The position numbers and the translations under genes were made by a program. From Felis catus (Eukaryota), in contig NC_058368.1 of NCBI RefSeq assembly GCF_018350175.1, positions 110,610,001 to 110,674,000 on the forward strand: DNA of 64,000 nt, read 5' to 3'. The notes below the pieces were generated by a model that searched no databases, was not told the origin of the DNA, and saw nothing but the letters and a program-made list of their open reading frames with translations. Positions within the stretch are counted from its first letter, which is position 1. Each line of letters starts with the position of its first letter. This document shows, piece by piece, positions 11,827 to 23,989 of the stretch.

Positions 11827-13344
11827 CCCCATCCCGAAAACACCAAACAGAGGTAAAGATGCTTTGAAAACGCTAATGTTCCATGCTCACAAGGATGGCA
11901 GCAATGATGCACTCACTATTGACTTGCCTCAGGCTGGGGCCTGTGCTGGCTCCCACCCAGTCCCTGACACTCTCTTGGTGTGTTTTCAGTGGCTCATCTC
12001 TAACCTTAGCAGCCTGTTTATAATCATTTGGCCCTAGGACTCCCCACTGGCCTTCCCTGGCCCCTCAGGCTGGCCCTGCTGTCCAGCCAAGCACTCCACA
12101 ATGCAGCCCACAGCCCACAAGGCCCAGGTCTGGACATATGCTTGGAGACAGAGTGACGTTGTTTCAATGTTGAAGCAGATGCTACTGTGGCCCAGGGAGC
12201 CCCACTCAGGCCATAAATCCCGGCCGGATGGCATCCCCCTCTCTCAGAGGCCAGAGAAGTCTCACGCGGGGAACTGCAGAGCTGCGTGGGTGGGTGCTGG
12301 GCTGCGCAGATTGCCCCCCAGCGCCTCCTCACCCTGCAGCCTGAGCAGATGAGCCCTTACAAACACAGACTCCATTTTCATACAAATGTCTGTGGTCGTG
12401 GCAAATACACGACAGGGAGACAGAAATATGACATGAAAGCCAAGTCAATCCTGCGGAAGATGCCTCCTGGTGTTCTGGGGGCTTCAGAGAGCCGTGTTAG
12501 CCACCTGTCAGAAATGGTGTGGGAACCAGATGGAGCTCTTTGGAGAAGCATCAAACAAGTTCGAGATGAATCTGCATGGAGAGGGTAGTGCGATCCGGCC
12601 CAGGGAGCCGCAGGTTGGCGTAGGCAGTGCTATCCAGGAGAAGCAAATAATTAACTACAGACTGCTCCACTGGACTCCAGGAAGGCAGCTGCCACGAAAG
12701 GAGTGGGCTCTTTCTCTCACTGCCCAGGATCCCAGCTATGCCTGAGACACCCGCCTTCCTGGGGAGCAGGAAGATCACCAAGTCCAAGAGCCTGGGAGGA
12801 CTGGCCTCATCTGAGGCTCTAACCATGAGGTTTCTGCCCTGTGCCCTCCTCCCCTTCACGAGATCGTCTGAAAATGCCAAATAATAGCATTTCTTGTGAG
12901 GAAGAAACCAAAGAATTGACAGCGTGCAAGGTATCTGCTGCAGAATGTTTATTTATTACTAGAAATGAAAGGAAAGAGGAGGGAGCCAGGGAAGTTTCTA
13001 AGGCCCAAAATCATAGGGCAACACAGTGCTCAAAGAGGTTAAATGGGCCCCTTAGGGCAGGACTTGTCAGAGATTCTCACAGATAAATGTGACACATTCT
13101 CTTATATTCTCTATGAGACAGACCAGAGTTTGCTGACCCACAAAGCTTTCGGAGGACTCAAAGTTCTTAGAACAGATTTCAGAAAATGCTGAATGAGCCA
13201 ACTGTTTTCTTTTTCAATGTCAAAGTCAATAGCACTGTTTTAACACTCCTCACTGATCCAGGCTACCAGACCCAGCCTCCAGCGGAGAGATCCAGCTTCC
13301 TGTCCCAGTCCTGCCCAGGCCTGTGTCCTCATCGTTCTGTCGTT

Positions 13345-13470
13345 TCACTCCACACAGCCTCAGTTTCCCCATCAGTGACATGGTGATCATAACACCCTCT
13401 TTACCCACACTGCACCTATGAAGGTGCATTGAAGAAGTTAAAGGCACTCTAAGTATATGGCATTGATGAT
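13345..13470 (+). mobile_element. MIR fragment
   Basis: gcctcagtttccccatcagtgacatggtgatcataac core. Confidence 0.6.
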
Positions 13471-14167
13471 TGTTCTTATTCAGAGAAAAGGGTTTGTGTC
13501 CTCCCTGTTGCCTTCCGCATGGATTTGAGCTCACAGTTAGTATGCGTCTCTGTAAAGCAACAATCTTTTTCTAAGTTATTGGCTCGATAAATATTTCCTG
13601 ATCACCTATATGTGCCAGGCATGTGCTAGGCACTGGAGACACAGCCTGCCTTCCTGGGACCTACAGTTCATAGTAGCCGGACACAATAAAAACCCTGCAT
13701 ATAAGCAAATGGTGGGTCAGTGCCAATAAGGTCCAAAATCTAAAGGGGATGAAGGATATTCAAACGCTGACAAATCACAAAAGAAGGAAGAGGAAGATGA
13801 GAACTTTACCCTGATCCACATCATCTGAGTTGTGGGCTGGCTTCAGAAAGGGGAAAGTTCTGCCCCCACTGTGTTATGCTTTAACGCGCACTCTGGCCTA
13901 AGCTGGGCTTGACCCAGGGTTCTTCCCCATTGGTACAAATATCCAGGGATTCCCTCCCTGGCCAGCAGTTCCCAGAGAAAGAAAAGAGTAGGAGAATCAG
14001 GTAGTTCCCCCATTCAACTATGATGATGAATTAACTATTTTAACTTTCTGGTGAAAAGAGACAAAGATGGGGAAGGGGGGCAGTAGAAAGTGATATAGAA
14101 TCCTTTGTACTGATAAACAAACTTAAAATTCTTTTTCTATGATTTTTTTAAAGTTTATTTTTATTTA

Positions 14168-14380
14168 GGGGCACCTGGGTGGCTCAGTCAGTTGAGTGTC
14201 TGACTTCAGCTCAGGGCAGGATCTCACAGTCTATGAGTTCGAGCCCCACGTCAGGCTCTGTGCTGACAGCTCAGAGCCTGGAGCCTGCTTCGGGTTCTGT
14301 GCCACCCTCTCCTTCTGCCCCTCGCCCACTTGTGCTCTGTCTCTCTCTGTCTCTCAAAAATGAATAAAGGTAAAAAAAAA
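14168..14380 (+). mobile_element. SINEC_Fc-type SINE inserted in the tail of the adjacent minus-strand SINE
   Basis: Canonical head and CT tract; flanks gtttatttttatt on both sides. Confidence 0.92.
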
Positions 14381-14592
14381 TTTTTTTTAGGTTTATTTTT
14401 ATTCATTTTGAGAGAGATAGAGAGAGCAGGGGGTAGGGGGGAGACAGAGAGGGAGAGGGAGAGAATCCCAAGCAGGCTCCAAGCAGTCAGCACAGAGCCC
14501 AATGCGGAGCTCGAACTCACAAACCCTGAGAGCATTACCCAAGCTGAAATCGGGAGTCAGCCACTTAATCAAATGATTCACCCAAGCGCCCC
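14381..14592 (-). mobile_element. Can-SINE (Fc2-like)
   Basis: gagaatcccaagcaggctcc..cacccaagcgcccc; outer TSD aacaaa(c/t)ttaaaattct at 14116-14132 and 14593-14609. Confidence 0.9.
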
Positions 14593-14898
14593 AACAAATT
14601 TAAAATTCTAATCAGAAACTTTTTAAGGTGATTTAAAGAAAATTCCTTTATACCCTCAGGTTTGAACATACAAAGTCCAATCCAGACTAATCCTTGGTCA
14701 TCAGGTGTGCACCAGCAGGCCCAGTGCACCTTGGAGACTCTGAAGAGATGGGGAGACTCCCAGGAGGGAACAGTAAGATTGCCAAGAGGCTGAGTTCAGG
14801 TGCCATGCTCTAAAAACACTTCTCTCCTCTCTTATGGACACCTTTACAGCCTCCAGGAGCAGGAATGCCTCAGAGGTGTCAGCACCCCAATTCACCCT

Positions 14899-15133
14899 CT
14901 GTATTAGTGTCCCAGAGCTGCCATGACAAATGACTGCAAACAAGGTGGCTCAAAATAATAGGAATTTAGGGGCGCCTGGGTGGCTCAGTCAGTTAAGCAT
15001 CTGGCTTTGGCTCAGGTCATGATCTCAGGGTTTCTAAGTTCAAGCCCTGACTCAGGTTCTGTTCTGACACCTCAGAGCTTGGAGCCTGCTTCAGATTCTG
15101 TGTCTCCCTCTTTCTCTGCCCTTCCCCAACTCC

Positions 15134-15165
<32 letters not shown>

Positions 15166-15589
15166 TTCAGAAATAAACTTAAAAAAAAAAAACACACACA
15201 CAAAAACAGGTATTTGTTCTCTCACTCTTCCAGAGGCTGGACATCCAAAGTCGAGGCATTGGCAGGGCCACGCTCCCTCCAGAGTGTCTAGGGCACGATC
15301 CTTCCTTGCCTTGCCCTAGCTTCTGGCCATTGCCAGCAATCTGTGGCAGTCATTGGTTCACAGCTACATCACTCCAGCCTCTCCCTCACCACACAGACAT
15401 CTTCTCCATGTGTCTTCACGTGGCCTCCTTATCCTCACGTGGTCTTTGGCTTTAGGGCCCACCCTAATCCAGTATTACTTCATCTTAACTAACTATATCT
15501 GCAGATTATTTCCAAATAACATCACATTCTGGAGTACCAGGGGTTAGGATTTAACATATCTATTGGGGATCACAATTCAACCCACAGCA
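14899..15589 (-). mobile_element. MLT1B/C-like MaLR LTR with nested SINE
   Basis: tgtattagtgtcccagagctgccatgacaaa..ttctctcactcttccagaggc..gggatcacaattcaacccacagca. Confidence 0.82.
14969..15200 (+). mobile_element. SINEC_Fc-type SINE inside MLT1
   Basis: Canonical head, CT tract, A tail. Confidence 0.92.
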
Positions 15590-16254
15590 CTTCCCATGCA
15601 CTCTGCTTTTTCTTCATCAGCTTCTTAGGCTTTGATGGGACGAAAATTCTGGAAAGATGGCCCAGGAGCTTTGCAGGATCCTGGGCTTGGGGAGAGTGCA
15701 GGGTGTGTGGTGGCCACTGAGGATGCCCGCAGTCTGGATCCCTCTCCTCTGAGCATCTATGGAGGAAGCTGTGGAGGTCTGGGGTGTCCTCTCTTCTGGG
15801 AGTGGGTCAGGAAAGATCTTAGCCTCACAAAGCTCCTCTGGCCACAGCGACCCCCTCACCCAGAGGAACATTGCCAGAGGCTTCGAGCCCAACAGTGAGT
15901 CACATGGGTCCCGCACTGGAAAGCGTGACGTTCCTGCTCCAGTAGCATTTTCAAGTTTCCTTCTCACAGCTTCAGATGTGGTAGGTGGAGGTGGACAGCA
16001 GTTTTGAGCTACATGAATGCAGAGGAAGTGTCAGGCTCAACAGTCCTGAATTGGGAGCGTTCTGAACACCCACCGGAAAGATGGGGTGTGTGAAACACGG
16101 CAGAGAAAATGCAGCAGGAGGGGCCGGATGGGTATGGGAGCCAGCCTGCCGGAGACCATATGATCTGCATTCAGATCAGAGCCCCTCTCTGCACTATGTG
16201 GGGGGCAGGGGAAGGGGTGATTTGTTTGTCTTGTTTTTATGTTCCAGCAATGCC

Positions 16255-16375
16255 ATTTACTCACTTTGTGGCCTTGGGCAACTAATCAGCCTCTGTCTAG
16301 TGCCTCAGTTTTCTCATCTGTCAACTGGGGGCAAGAAAAGCATCTACCTTAAAAGCTTTTGGGGAAGGCTAGGGA
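16255..16375 (+). mobile_element. MIR fragment
   Basis: tgtggccttgggcaactaatcagcctct..gcctcagttttctcatctgtcaactggg. Confidence 0.65.
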
Positions 16376-16998
16376 ATGCTACCAGAATGGTTTTCCATTC
16401 ACCCCCAATGTCTGTCTCCTGTCCCTTCTCCCTTCAAAGTCTCCAAAGCTCTGTTCAGGTTAGGCATAGCTAGCTTCCAGTTTAGTGATGGAGAACGAAA
16501 AGGAGGTGGGGTGAAGTGGAATGAGGTGAGGTTAGGGCTGCCAGACAAGAGGGATTCCTACTTGCTACACCAGCCCCAAGAAAGGGAAACTTTTGACCAC
16601 TAAAAAAAAAAAAAAAAAAAAAAACCACAACGTTGTGGGCAAGATTTCTGGAAATAGGCACATGCCTCTGCCTTTGGACCTCTAGGTCAGGAGATCCCCT
16701 TTACTCCCAAGTGGTGGTCTTTGCAGGGTGTCATTTGACAAATCACTTGATTGGCGACATACCTAAAAACTGACGTGCTGGGATATTTACTGCAGCATTA
16801 GTAATAATAGCAAAAAAAAAATCCGGAAACAACCCAAATGACCTAAAATAGGGGAAGTGGTTATGTGATTACAGATCCACAGAGTAGAATATGGTGCAGC
16901 TGTTAACTCAAAGTAAGCAAGCAAAACCCTCCCCATGGATTCCCCATCCTGTGACCTGGACATGTCCACATCTAAATGCTCATGAGGTATGGGCTCTT

Positions 16999-17176
16999 CT
17001 GACTTCGGCTCAGGTCATGATCTCACAGCTCGTGGGCTTGAGCCCCATGTCAGACTCTGAGTGACTCAGAGCTTGGAGCCCTGCTTCAAATTCTGTGTCT
17101 TTCTGTCTTTGTCTTTCCCCTGTTCACACTGTCTCTCTCTCTCAAATTAATAAGCATGTTTAAACATTTTTTTAAA
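16999..17176 (+). mobile_element. 5'-truncated SINEC
   Basis: Starts at ctgacttcggctcaggtcatgatctc; followed by a (TA)n tract. Confidence 0.85.
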
Positions 17177-17213
17177 TATATATATGTGTATGAATGAATA
17201 TATATATACATAT

Positions 17214-17256
<43 letters not shown>
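17177..17256. repeat. (TA)n microsatellite
   Basis: Direct read. Confidence 0.95.
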
Positions 17257-17259
<3 letters not shown>

Positions 17260-18179
17260 GCGCATCAAGTATGACTGGAGGGAGAGGTACAAGAACAGCA
17301 GCAACAATGCTTCCCTCTGGGCAGTGGAGTTCTGGGGAGGATGGTTGTCTTTGTACTTTTCTACATTTTCCAAAGTTTCTAAAACAAATTACTTTTTTTT
17401 TCACAAGCATGCCACTCACCAACATTGATGAGAAATGCAGCATCTGTTCAGTTTAGGGAGGTCTCTTTACTTCCCTAGAGTCATGCCCTATTCTTGGGGG
17501 GTCCTGCACAGAGCAGAAGGTTCAGGAAGGATCCTAACATCTTCTGTCTTCCCTGATTACTCCAATTTGGCATTTAGAGTGGACGTCAGCCAAACCAAGC
17601 ATGCAGCCATTCTCCCTGGGTTCCTGTTCTTAGGCGGCACCTAGGCCTGGGGCCCTGGTTTCTGCTGCTTGTAAAACCTTCAGGCCAAACCGCCAGCCCC
17701 TTCCCAGGTTTAGGAAAAGTTCCCTAAGCTTTTCGGTGAAAGCAAAACAGACTCATGTCCTAAGAAACCGTCCCTGCACCGTGTGTTTTTACACACACTT
17801 CAGGAAGGTATTAACGAGGACATGAGACTTTGCAGGGAAGATGCTCCAGTGTCGGAGGAGTTGGGAAAGGCCAGTGGAGGGCAGAAGAGTCTTAGCATGA
17901 GTTCCGGGAAGACACAGGGGAGTCTGTGCATCCTGCACAGGGAGGAGACAAGCAGGGAGGCATGGGGTGGGCGGTGTGGAGGCTGCTAGGGTGACAGGTG
18001 CACTGGGAGGAGCTGACTTATCAGCGTCAACGGCAGCCAAGACAACAATCCTGATCACAGGGCAGAACCATGGACACATTCAGTGTGTGACCCTGAGGCC
18101 ACATCTCTCCACCCTGCCCCTGGCCCCCAAGGCCATCCTGTGAGCCTGGATCCAGAGTTGCAGGAAAGAAGGAGCAGGG

Positions 18180-18910
18180 GGGAGAAAGAACACTGTGTGG
18201 GGCTTCCTGCCTCCCAGCAGCCTGAACTTGCACTTACTAGGGTCAGTCACCATCGTGATGGCTGGGCTTCTAGCCTTCAGACCCTGGCCCAAGGATACCC
18301 CAACATATGTGCTCTCCATTAGGCCAGAAAAATGGGGCAGTCCTCTACTGGGAATAAGTTTGACTTGGTTCAAATACAGCAGGAACAGCCTCAAGAAGTA
18401 CCCATAAGAACATAACCAGCAAGAGGAGAACTTTCATTTGTCTTCCTAGGTGACCTCCTGGGCCCTGGCAGCTTCCAGAAGCCCCTCCCAAGCTCCCACT
18501 GAGCTCCCAGAACACATGGCTGTCTGCTCAGTCTTGGCCTGCGTCCTTCGTCCCGCCCTCAAGGCAGGCCTAATCTTACATGCTGCCTGACATGTGAGTA
18601 GCAGGTGTCAGTTCCTTGCCAGTCCACTGAATTATTCAAACAAGACAATCACATCTTCCCATGGAAGCAGGAAGCCACCTACCTCATCATCTTGATGCTA
18701 TAAAGCCTGCCTCTCACAAACCCTGGTTGTGTACTCTGTTCCCACATGCAACCCCCAAGTGGCCCTGTATGGTGTGCTGTGTCTTCCCTCCCCAGGCTTT
18801 GTGTCTGTATGACTGACACCTGTCCAGTGTCAGGTGCTGTGGGTTTGGCCAGCATCCTAGGGTGGGAATCCCTCTGTCACCAACAGGGTGAGTAAGAGGC
18901 AGTGAAAACT
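18180..18910 (+). mobile_element. ERV-L class LTR, MER54/MER74-like (5' edge uncertain)
   Basis: tataaagcctgcc..ctctgttcc..gcaacccc..tgtccagtgtcagg..cctagggtgggaatccctctgtcaccaacagggtga recalled from this family. Confidence 0.5.
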
Positions 18911-21554
18911 CAAGAGGGAGGCTGGGGGCCTGGATAGAGCTAAACCCAAGAGGTGAGACACCAGGCAACTGTGTGCAAGGCAGGACTGGGTCCAGGGCTC
19001 CCATGGCCAAGGCTCTGTCCCTAAGCAAGGCCCTCTGAGCCAGGCTGCCCACAGCCAGTGGGTCTGTCTGGATCACTTCCACTGTTTCTGGGCCTCTGGT
19101 AGATGGAAGACCAAAGACATGCCAAGATGGAGCTATAAAACCTCTGGCATGTTTCAAATGCTTACACTTAACAAATTACTGCTTTTAACATTAAAACCTC
19201 ACTTGGAATAATTCCTGAAGTCTAAATGTGAAGAGGTGATTGTGAATGTGAGGCTTAGGCCAGAGGGCTCCCTGCCCTGGCTCCAGGCAGGGCCCTGCCT
19301 CTCCAGGAGCAGGGTTGGGGCCACATGTGCCTGACAGGGCCTGTCCCAGTGACCCCAAGGTCAGGGTGCCCCTCCCCCTCCTCCTTCTCCCCACCACCCT
19401 CCTCCTCTCCAACATTGGAGCCCCGTAAGCTGTGGAGACCTGCGGCCCTGGGTGGACCAGCTGTTCCCTGCTGGCTAAACTTCCTTGCCCCTGGGACTTG
19501 CTGGGTTGTGGCTTGCCCAGGGGTGCCAGACTTCCAGCTCTCTAGCAGAGGATCTACATCACCATGTCATCACGCTGCCAACATAATCAGCAAAGCCTGG
19601 ACTCATCAGGCAAGGCTCCGTATGTGAGAACTGAGGCCCATCTTTGCATCTCCTGACACGCCCCAGAGCTTCGCACATCCCCCCTCTGAAGCCTGGATGG
19701 CCTACACTGCACAGGTGCCCCTTCCCAGGAGCTCGCCCCCAGACACACACAGCCTGCCTTGCAGGTAGAGGGCGGTCTCCCTGTCCCCTTTGGGACCACA
19801 TGGATGGCAGACACAATGGCACCAACCATGAGCCGGTGGTGCATACACTGCCCTCACTGGCCAAGACTTCACCCTGGAGCACCCAGCTCTGTGTCTTCAG
19901 AACTTGCTGGCCTCAATGGGGTCCAGTGGGCCCTTTCCATTCCCTTCAGCTGGACTCATTGGGTGAGGTTGCCAGATGTTTCCAGGGAGGTGGAAAGAGG
20001 TCTCAGCTGTGGGGTATGGGTGCTTCTGGTTCTAGAGAAGTGTGAGTTTCACTAGTTATTCTTTCTTCCATTCATTGCACACTGACTGCACACCCACCAC
20101 ATGCCAAGCCCTGTGCTAGGAGGGAGGGGTCCCTAGGACGGATCCAGGGAGGGGCAAGCCACATACAGCCTGCCCTCACAGAGCTCCTGGTCTTGCAAAG
20201 GTAGCAAACATTCAGCCAGCAGCACACCAAGGAGTACTTCATAACTACTGCAATCTGAGGCACCAGTGCCTCTCAAGCATGCGCCAGGGGTCCTGCCCTC
20301 AGCCAGGGCAGGGGTGCAGTGGTCAGGGAAAGAATTTACGTTGGGATGTGGAGGAAGCAAGAAGAGGAGAGGGCTCTGGGCAGGGAGAGGCACACCATGT
20401 GGATCCTGGGTTTGTTGCTTGTGAGGTCCCCAAAGAAGCGCCTGTGGCCACAGTGTGGAAAGGACAGTAGTGGGGGGGGGGGGTACTTGAGAACAGGGTG
20501 GAGCCAGACCCCCCAGACCTGAGATGCAACCCACTTCCCAGGACTGAAATGCTCAGCTGGAATCCTCTGGGCAGGTCCCAGGCCTGACCCTGGAAGCTGG
20601 CTGCTCCCCAAACAGCCCCATCTGTGGCCTCTGCTATCTCATGGTCTCTGAGAAGAAGCCATTCAAGACAAAGAACCCCAGGGTGTCTCTCTGATCAGAA
20701 GAGTGATGGGGTACTAGGTAGGCCTGCTCCTGGTGGGTCCCCAGCTCACTCCTTCAGGCCAGTCCTGCTGGAAATGCTCAGGATGGGGGGGGGGGGGGCA
20801 GGGAACCTGAAGGCAGAGCTGACTGGCCACACTTCAGATCCTCTGCCCCTCCCTGCACCGCCAGCACCACTAGTCACACCCCAGATGGTACTTACTTACA
20901 GCTCTGCCACTGGGTCAGTAAGCTCCGGGGGTGCTATATTTAAGTTTTTTCAACACAGCTATTTATAAAATGCTGCCTCTCAGGCATGGACTGGAAGGGC
21001 AAGGGGAGTTGGGGGGTGCTCCTCCAAAAGTTGAGAGCCTCTAGAGGCCTGGGCTCAGGGCGCAGAGGCTGGAGGAAATGTGGATGGTCGCCAAGGGGCA
21101 CATGGCCCAAGGACACACAACCGGCAACTGGAGGGGAGGAGGCTGGCCATCACTCACACTTCACTCGGCCTCAAGTCCCCTTCATCCCCTCCCATCTCCA
21201 ACTATTCAAACCCCAGTATCCTTCCATGTTTGACTCAGATGCCCGCCCCACTTCTCCCAAGCTTCCTTTTTGTGCCTGCCCCTTCCTCCCCCTGATGCTA
21301 TCATGGCCCTGCAGCTGGCTTTGCTCCTGGCTTAAAGAAAGGCCTCTGCTCCACAGAGACAAATGGACAGCAGTTTTAGTTTTAATTTTTCTCTCACTCC
21401 CACCTGCATTCACACTCCGTTGGCTCTCCTTTCCCGTCGCTTAGAGCCCTCTGGGGCAAATCCCTTAACTTTTGGGATGATTTCTCACTGTGAGGATGAT
21501 CTCATCTTCAGGTAGTAAAAAGTCCTATCGAGTCCAATCTTAATCAGAACTTTA

Positions 21555-21663
21555 GACAACAGTGTGAATATACTTAACACTACCGCACTTACACTTAAAA
21601 ATAGTCAAGATGGTAAAGTTCATGTTATATGTATTTCACCACAATTAAAAACAATTTTTTAAA
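21555..21663 (+). mobile_element. L1MA/MB 3' end fragment
   Basis: acaacagtgtgaatatacttaacactacc..cttaaaaatagtcaagatggtaaa..ccacaattaaaa. Confidence 0.7.
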
Positions 21664-21778
21664 ACCTTTACTCTCACAACCAATTTTGGCCTTCTCATAA
21701 CCCCAAGCTCAGGCCTGTGCCCCAGCTCAAGGACCAGCAGGCGGGGCGTGTCCTGTAACTACATTCCAGGAGGAAATG

Positions 21779-22153
21779 GTTATATTAGAGTTCTCCAGAG
21801 AAACAGAACCAATAGGAGATATAAATAGAGAGAGAGAAGTTTATCATAAGGAATTGGCTCACATGAGTATAGAGTCTGGCAAGTCCAAAATCTGTAGAGT
21901 CGATTTCCCAGTTCAAAGGTCATCAGGCAGGAGAATTCTTTCACTCAGGGGAAGCCAGGCTTTGTTCCAATCAGTCCTGCAAAGGATTGGATGAGGTCCA
22001 TCCACGTTAGGGACTGCGATCTGCTTTACTCAGTCTGCTGATTCAAATGTTAATCTCACCTAAATGTACCTTCACAGAAACCCAAAGTAATGTTGGACCC
22101 AATATCTGGGCACCCGTGGCCCAGTTAAGTTGCAACATAAACTTAACCACCCC
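21779..22153 (-). mobile_element. MLT2 (ERV-L) LTR
   Basis: Reverse-complement similarity to the LTR at 1597-2083 (tattagagttctccagagaaacagaaccaatagg..ggcccagttaagttgcaacataaacttaacca). Confidence 0.85.
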
Positions 22154-22154
22154 A

Positions 22155-22374
22155 GGGGCATCTGGGAGGCTCAGTCGGTGAAGCGTCTGACACTTGATCT
22201 TGGCTCAGGTCATGATCTCACAGTTTGTGGGTTCGAGCCCCACATCGGGCTCTGTACTGATGGCACAAAGCCTGCTTGGGATTCCGTCTCCCTCTTTCTG
22301 GCCCTCCCCAGCTTGTGCTCACTCGTGCTCTCTCTCTCAAAATAAATAAATAAACTTAAAAAAAAAAAAAAAAA
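22155..22374 (+). mobile_element. Can-SINE (Fc2-like)
   Basis: TSD cttaaccacccca on both sides; sits at the end of the MLT2 LTR. Confidence 0.92.
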
Positions 22375-23561
22375 CCTTAACCACCCCAGTGTAAAGAGCA
22401 AAGACGCTATATAGGAGCAAGTCAGGAGGCCCAGCCTCCAACCTGCTTCCTGCCCTCACTACTGACTGACCTCTCCTGACCTCAGTTTCCCATCTCATCA
22501 GGTGAGATAAGGCCTACGAATCACTCATCAGCTGTAAAGTGCTCTACAGCTATGGGCTTTGGTGGTGGTGGTTGTGGTGGTGGTTATGATTACTTTAGCT
22601 GCTCTTAGTAAATGACCGGAAGGTTGCCGAGGGCCTTGGCAAGATTCCCACACACAGCTGGAGTGAAGGTGGGGGTGGGATCATTGCCAGATACCTTCCT
22701 GGCATGTTGATTTCCAGAGGAGATTTATGGGCCCTGGTAGTCATTATTTCAGGGTGACTTATCCAAAAAAAGTGCCTACGGCCTCATCATAAGCACTTAT
22801 TCCACAGGAAAGTTGTTTGCAAAACACAACAGACATCAATAATGATGTTCACGGAGTTGTAAATCTTCTAAGCCTGCCTTCCCTTCCTGGGGACTAAAGC
22901 ACTTGATTTGGTTCTCCAGGAGCTCAGAAGTTTCCAAATAGATAACAGAATCCCAAAGTCCATTAAGCAAGGTAATTTACAATAGTGGCAGGCCAAATTC
23001 AGGGAAATACATTAGAGCATTTTCCCATTTGGCTTCTAGGAAAGACATTATTCTAAGCACGCACACAATGAATGCTGTTTGGTGACAACGAGGACATCAG
23101 CTAGCTCCCCTAATGAGTTTATTCATCCCCTAAACCACGCAATGCGTTAATTTTGAGTAAAAGTTGTGCCACCAGATAAGATTCTCAAAGCCCTGACATG
23201 GACATGTGGGACCTCATTTCTGGCCCATTAATGGCATCACTGGACATTGTAACAAGGCAAAGAGGGGGAAAATGTCAACTTCTTTTAGAGCTCTGATTCA
23301 GACCTTAAGCGATTGCTTGCAAAGGTGTGAAATAAAGAAGCAATTCCAAATTTTGTACTGCAGAAGCTTCTAGAGGCCTTGCTGAGTGCTCTGGGAGAGG
23401 AATAAAACATAAATTGCTATTTGTGAAATTGCTACATTTTTCTCATTTCTCATGTTTTAAATGAGAACCGAAAGTTTGGCTTCCTTCTCTGCTGCTTTCT
23501 CCAGGTGGCACGGTCATCCCACCTGCCTTTCCAGGTGTGGTCAAGAAAGGAGGCTCCCACT

Positions 23562-23790
23562 GGGGCGCCTGGGTGACTTGGTCGGTTGAGCGTCCGACTT
23601 CGGCTCAGGTCACGATCTAGCGGTCGGTGGGTTCGCGCCCCGCGTCGGGCTCTGTGCTGACAGCTCAGAGCCTGGAGCCTGTTTCAGATTCTGTGTCTCC
23701 CTCTCTCTGTGACCCTCCCCCGTTCATGCTCTGTCTCTCTCTGTCTCAAAAATAAATAAACGTTAAAAAAAAAAATTAAAAAAAAAAAAA
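23562..23790 (+). mobile_element. Young SINEC_Fc-type SINE
   Basis: CpG-rich; perfect TSD aagaaaggaggctcccac; long A tail. Confidence 0.95.
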
Positions 23791-23989
23791 GAAAGGAGGC
23801 TCCCACCAAGAGAGAAAAAAAAAAAAAAAAGATTTACCTAAGGTATCCTGTGGCCCAACTATGGAGCAACCCAAAGAGATTGAAGAGAAACTAATTTATG
23901 ACTCAGTACTTAATGAGAACTCCTGCAGTATACCTTTATTGCAAAGGACAGAAAACCAACTCCAAGTGACTTAAGCAGAACAAAGAATT

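Noticed and set aside
14179..14367. Recurrent MAQSV..AQVMIS..GSVLTAQSLEPASDS ORFs throughout the window
   Set aside because: Translations of Can-SINE copies, not a gene family.
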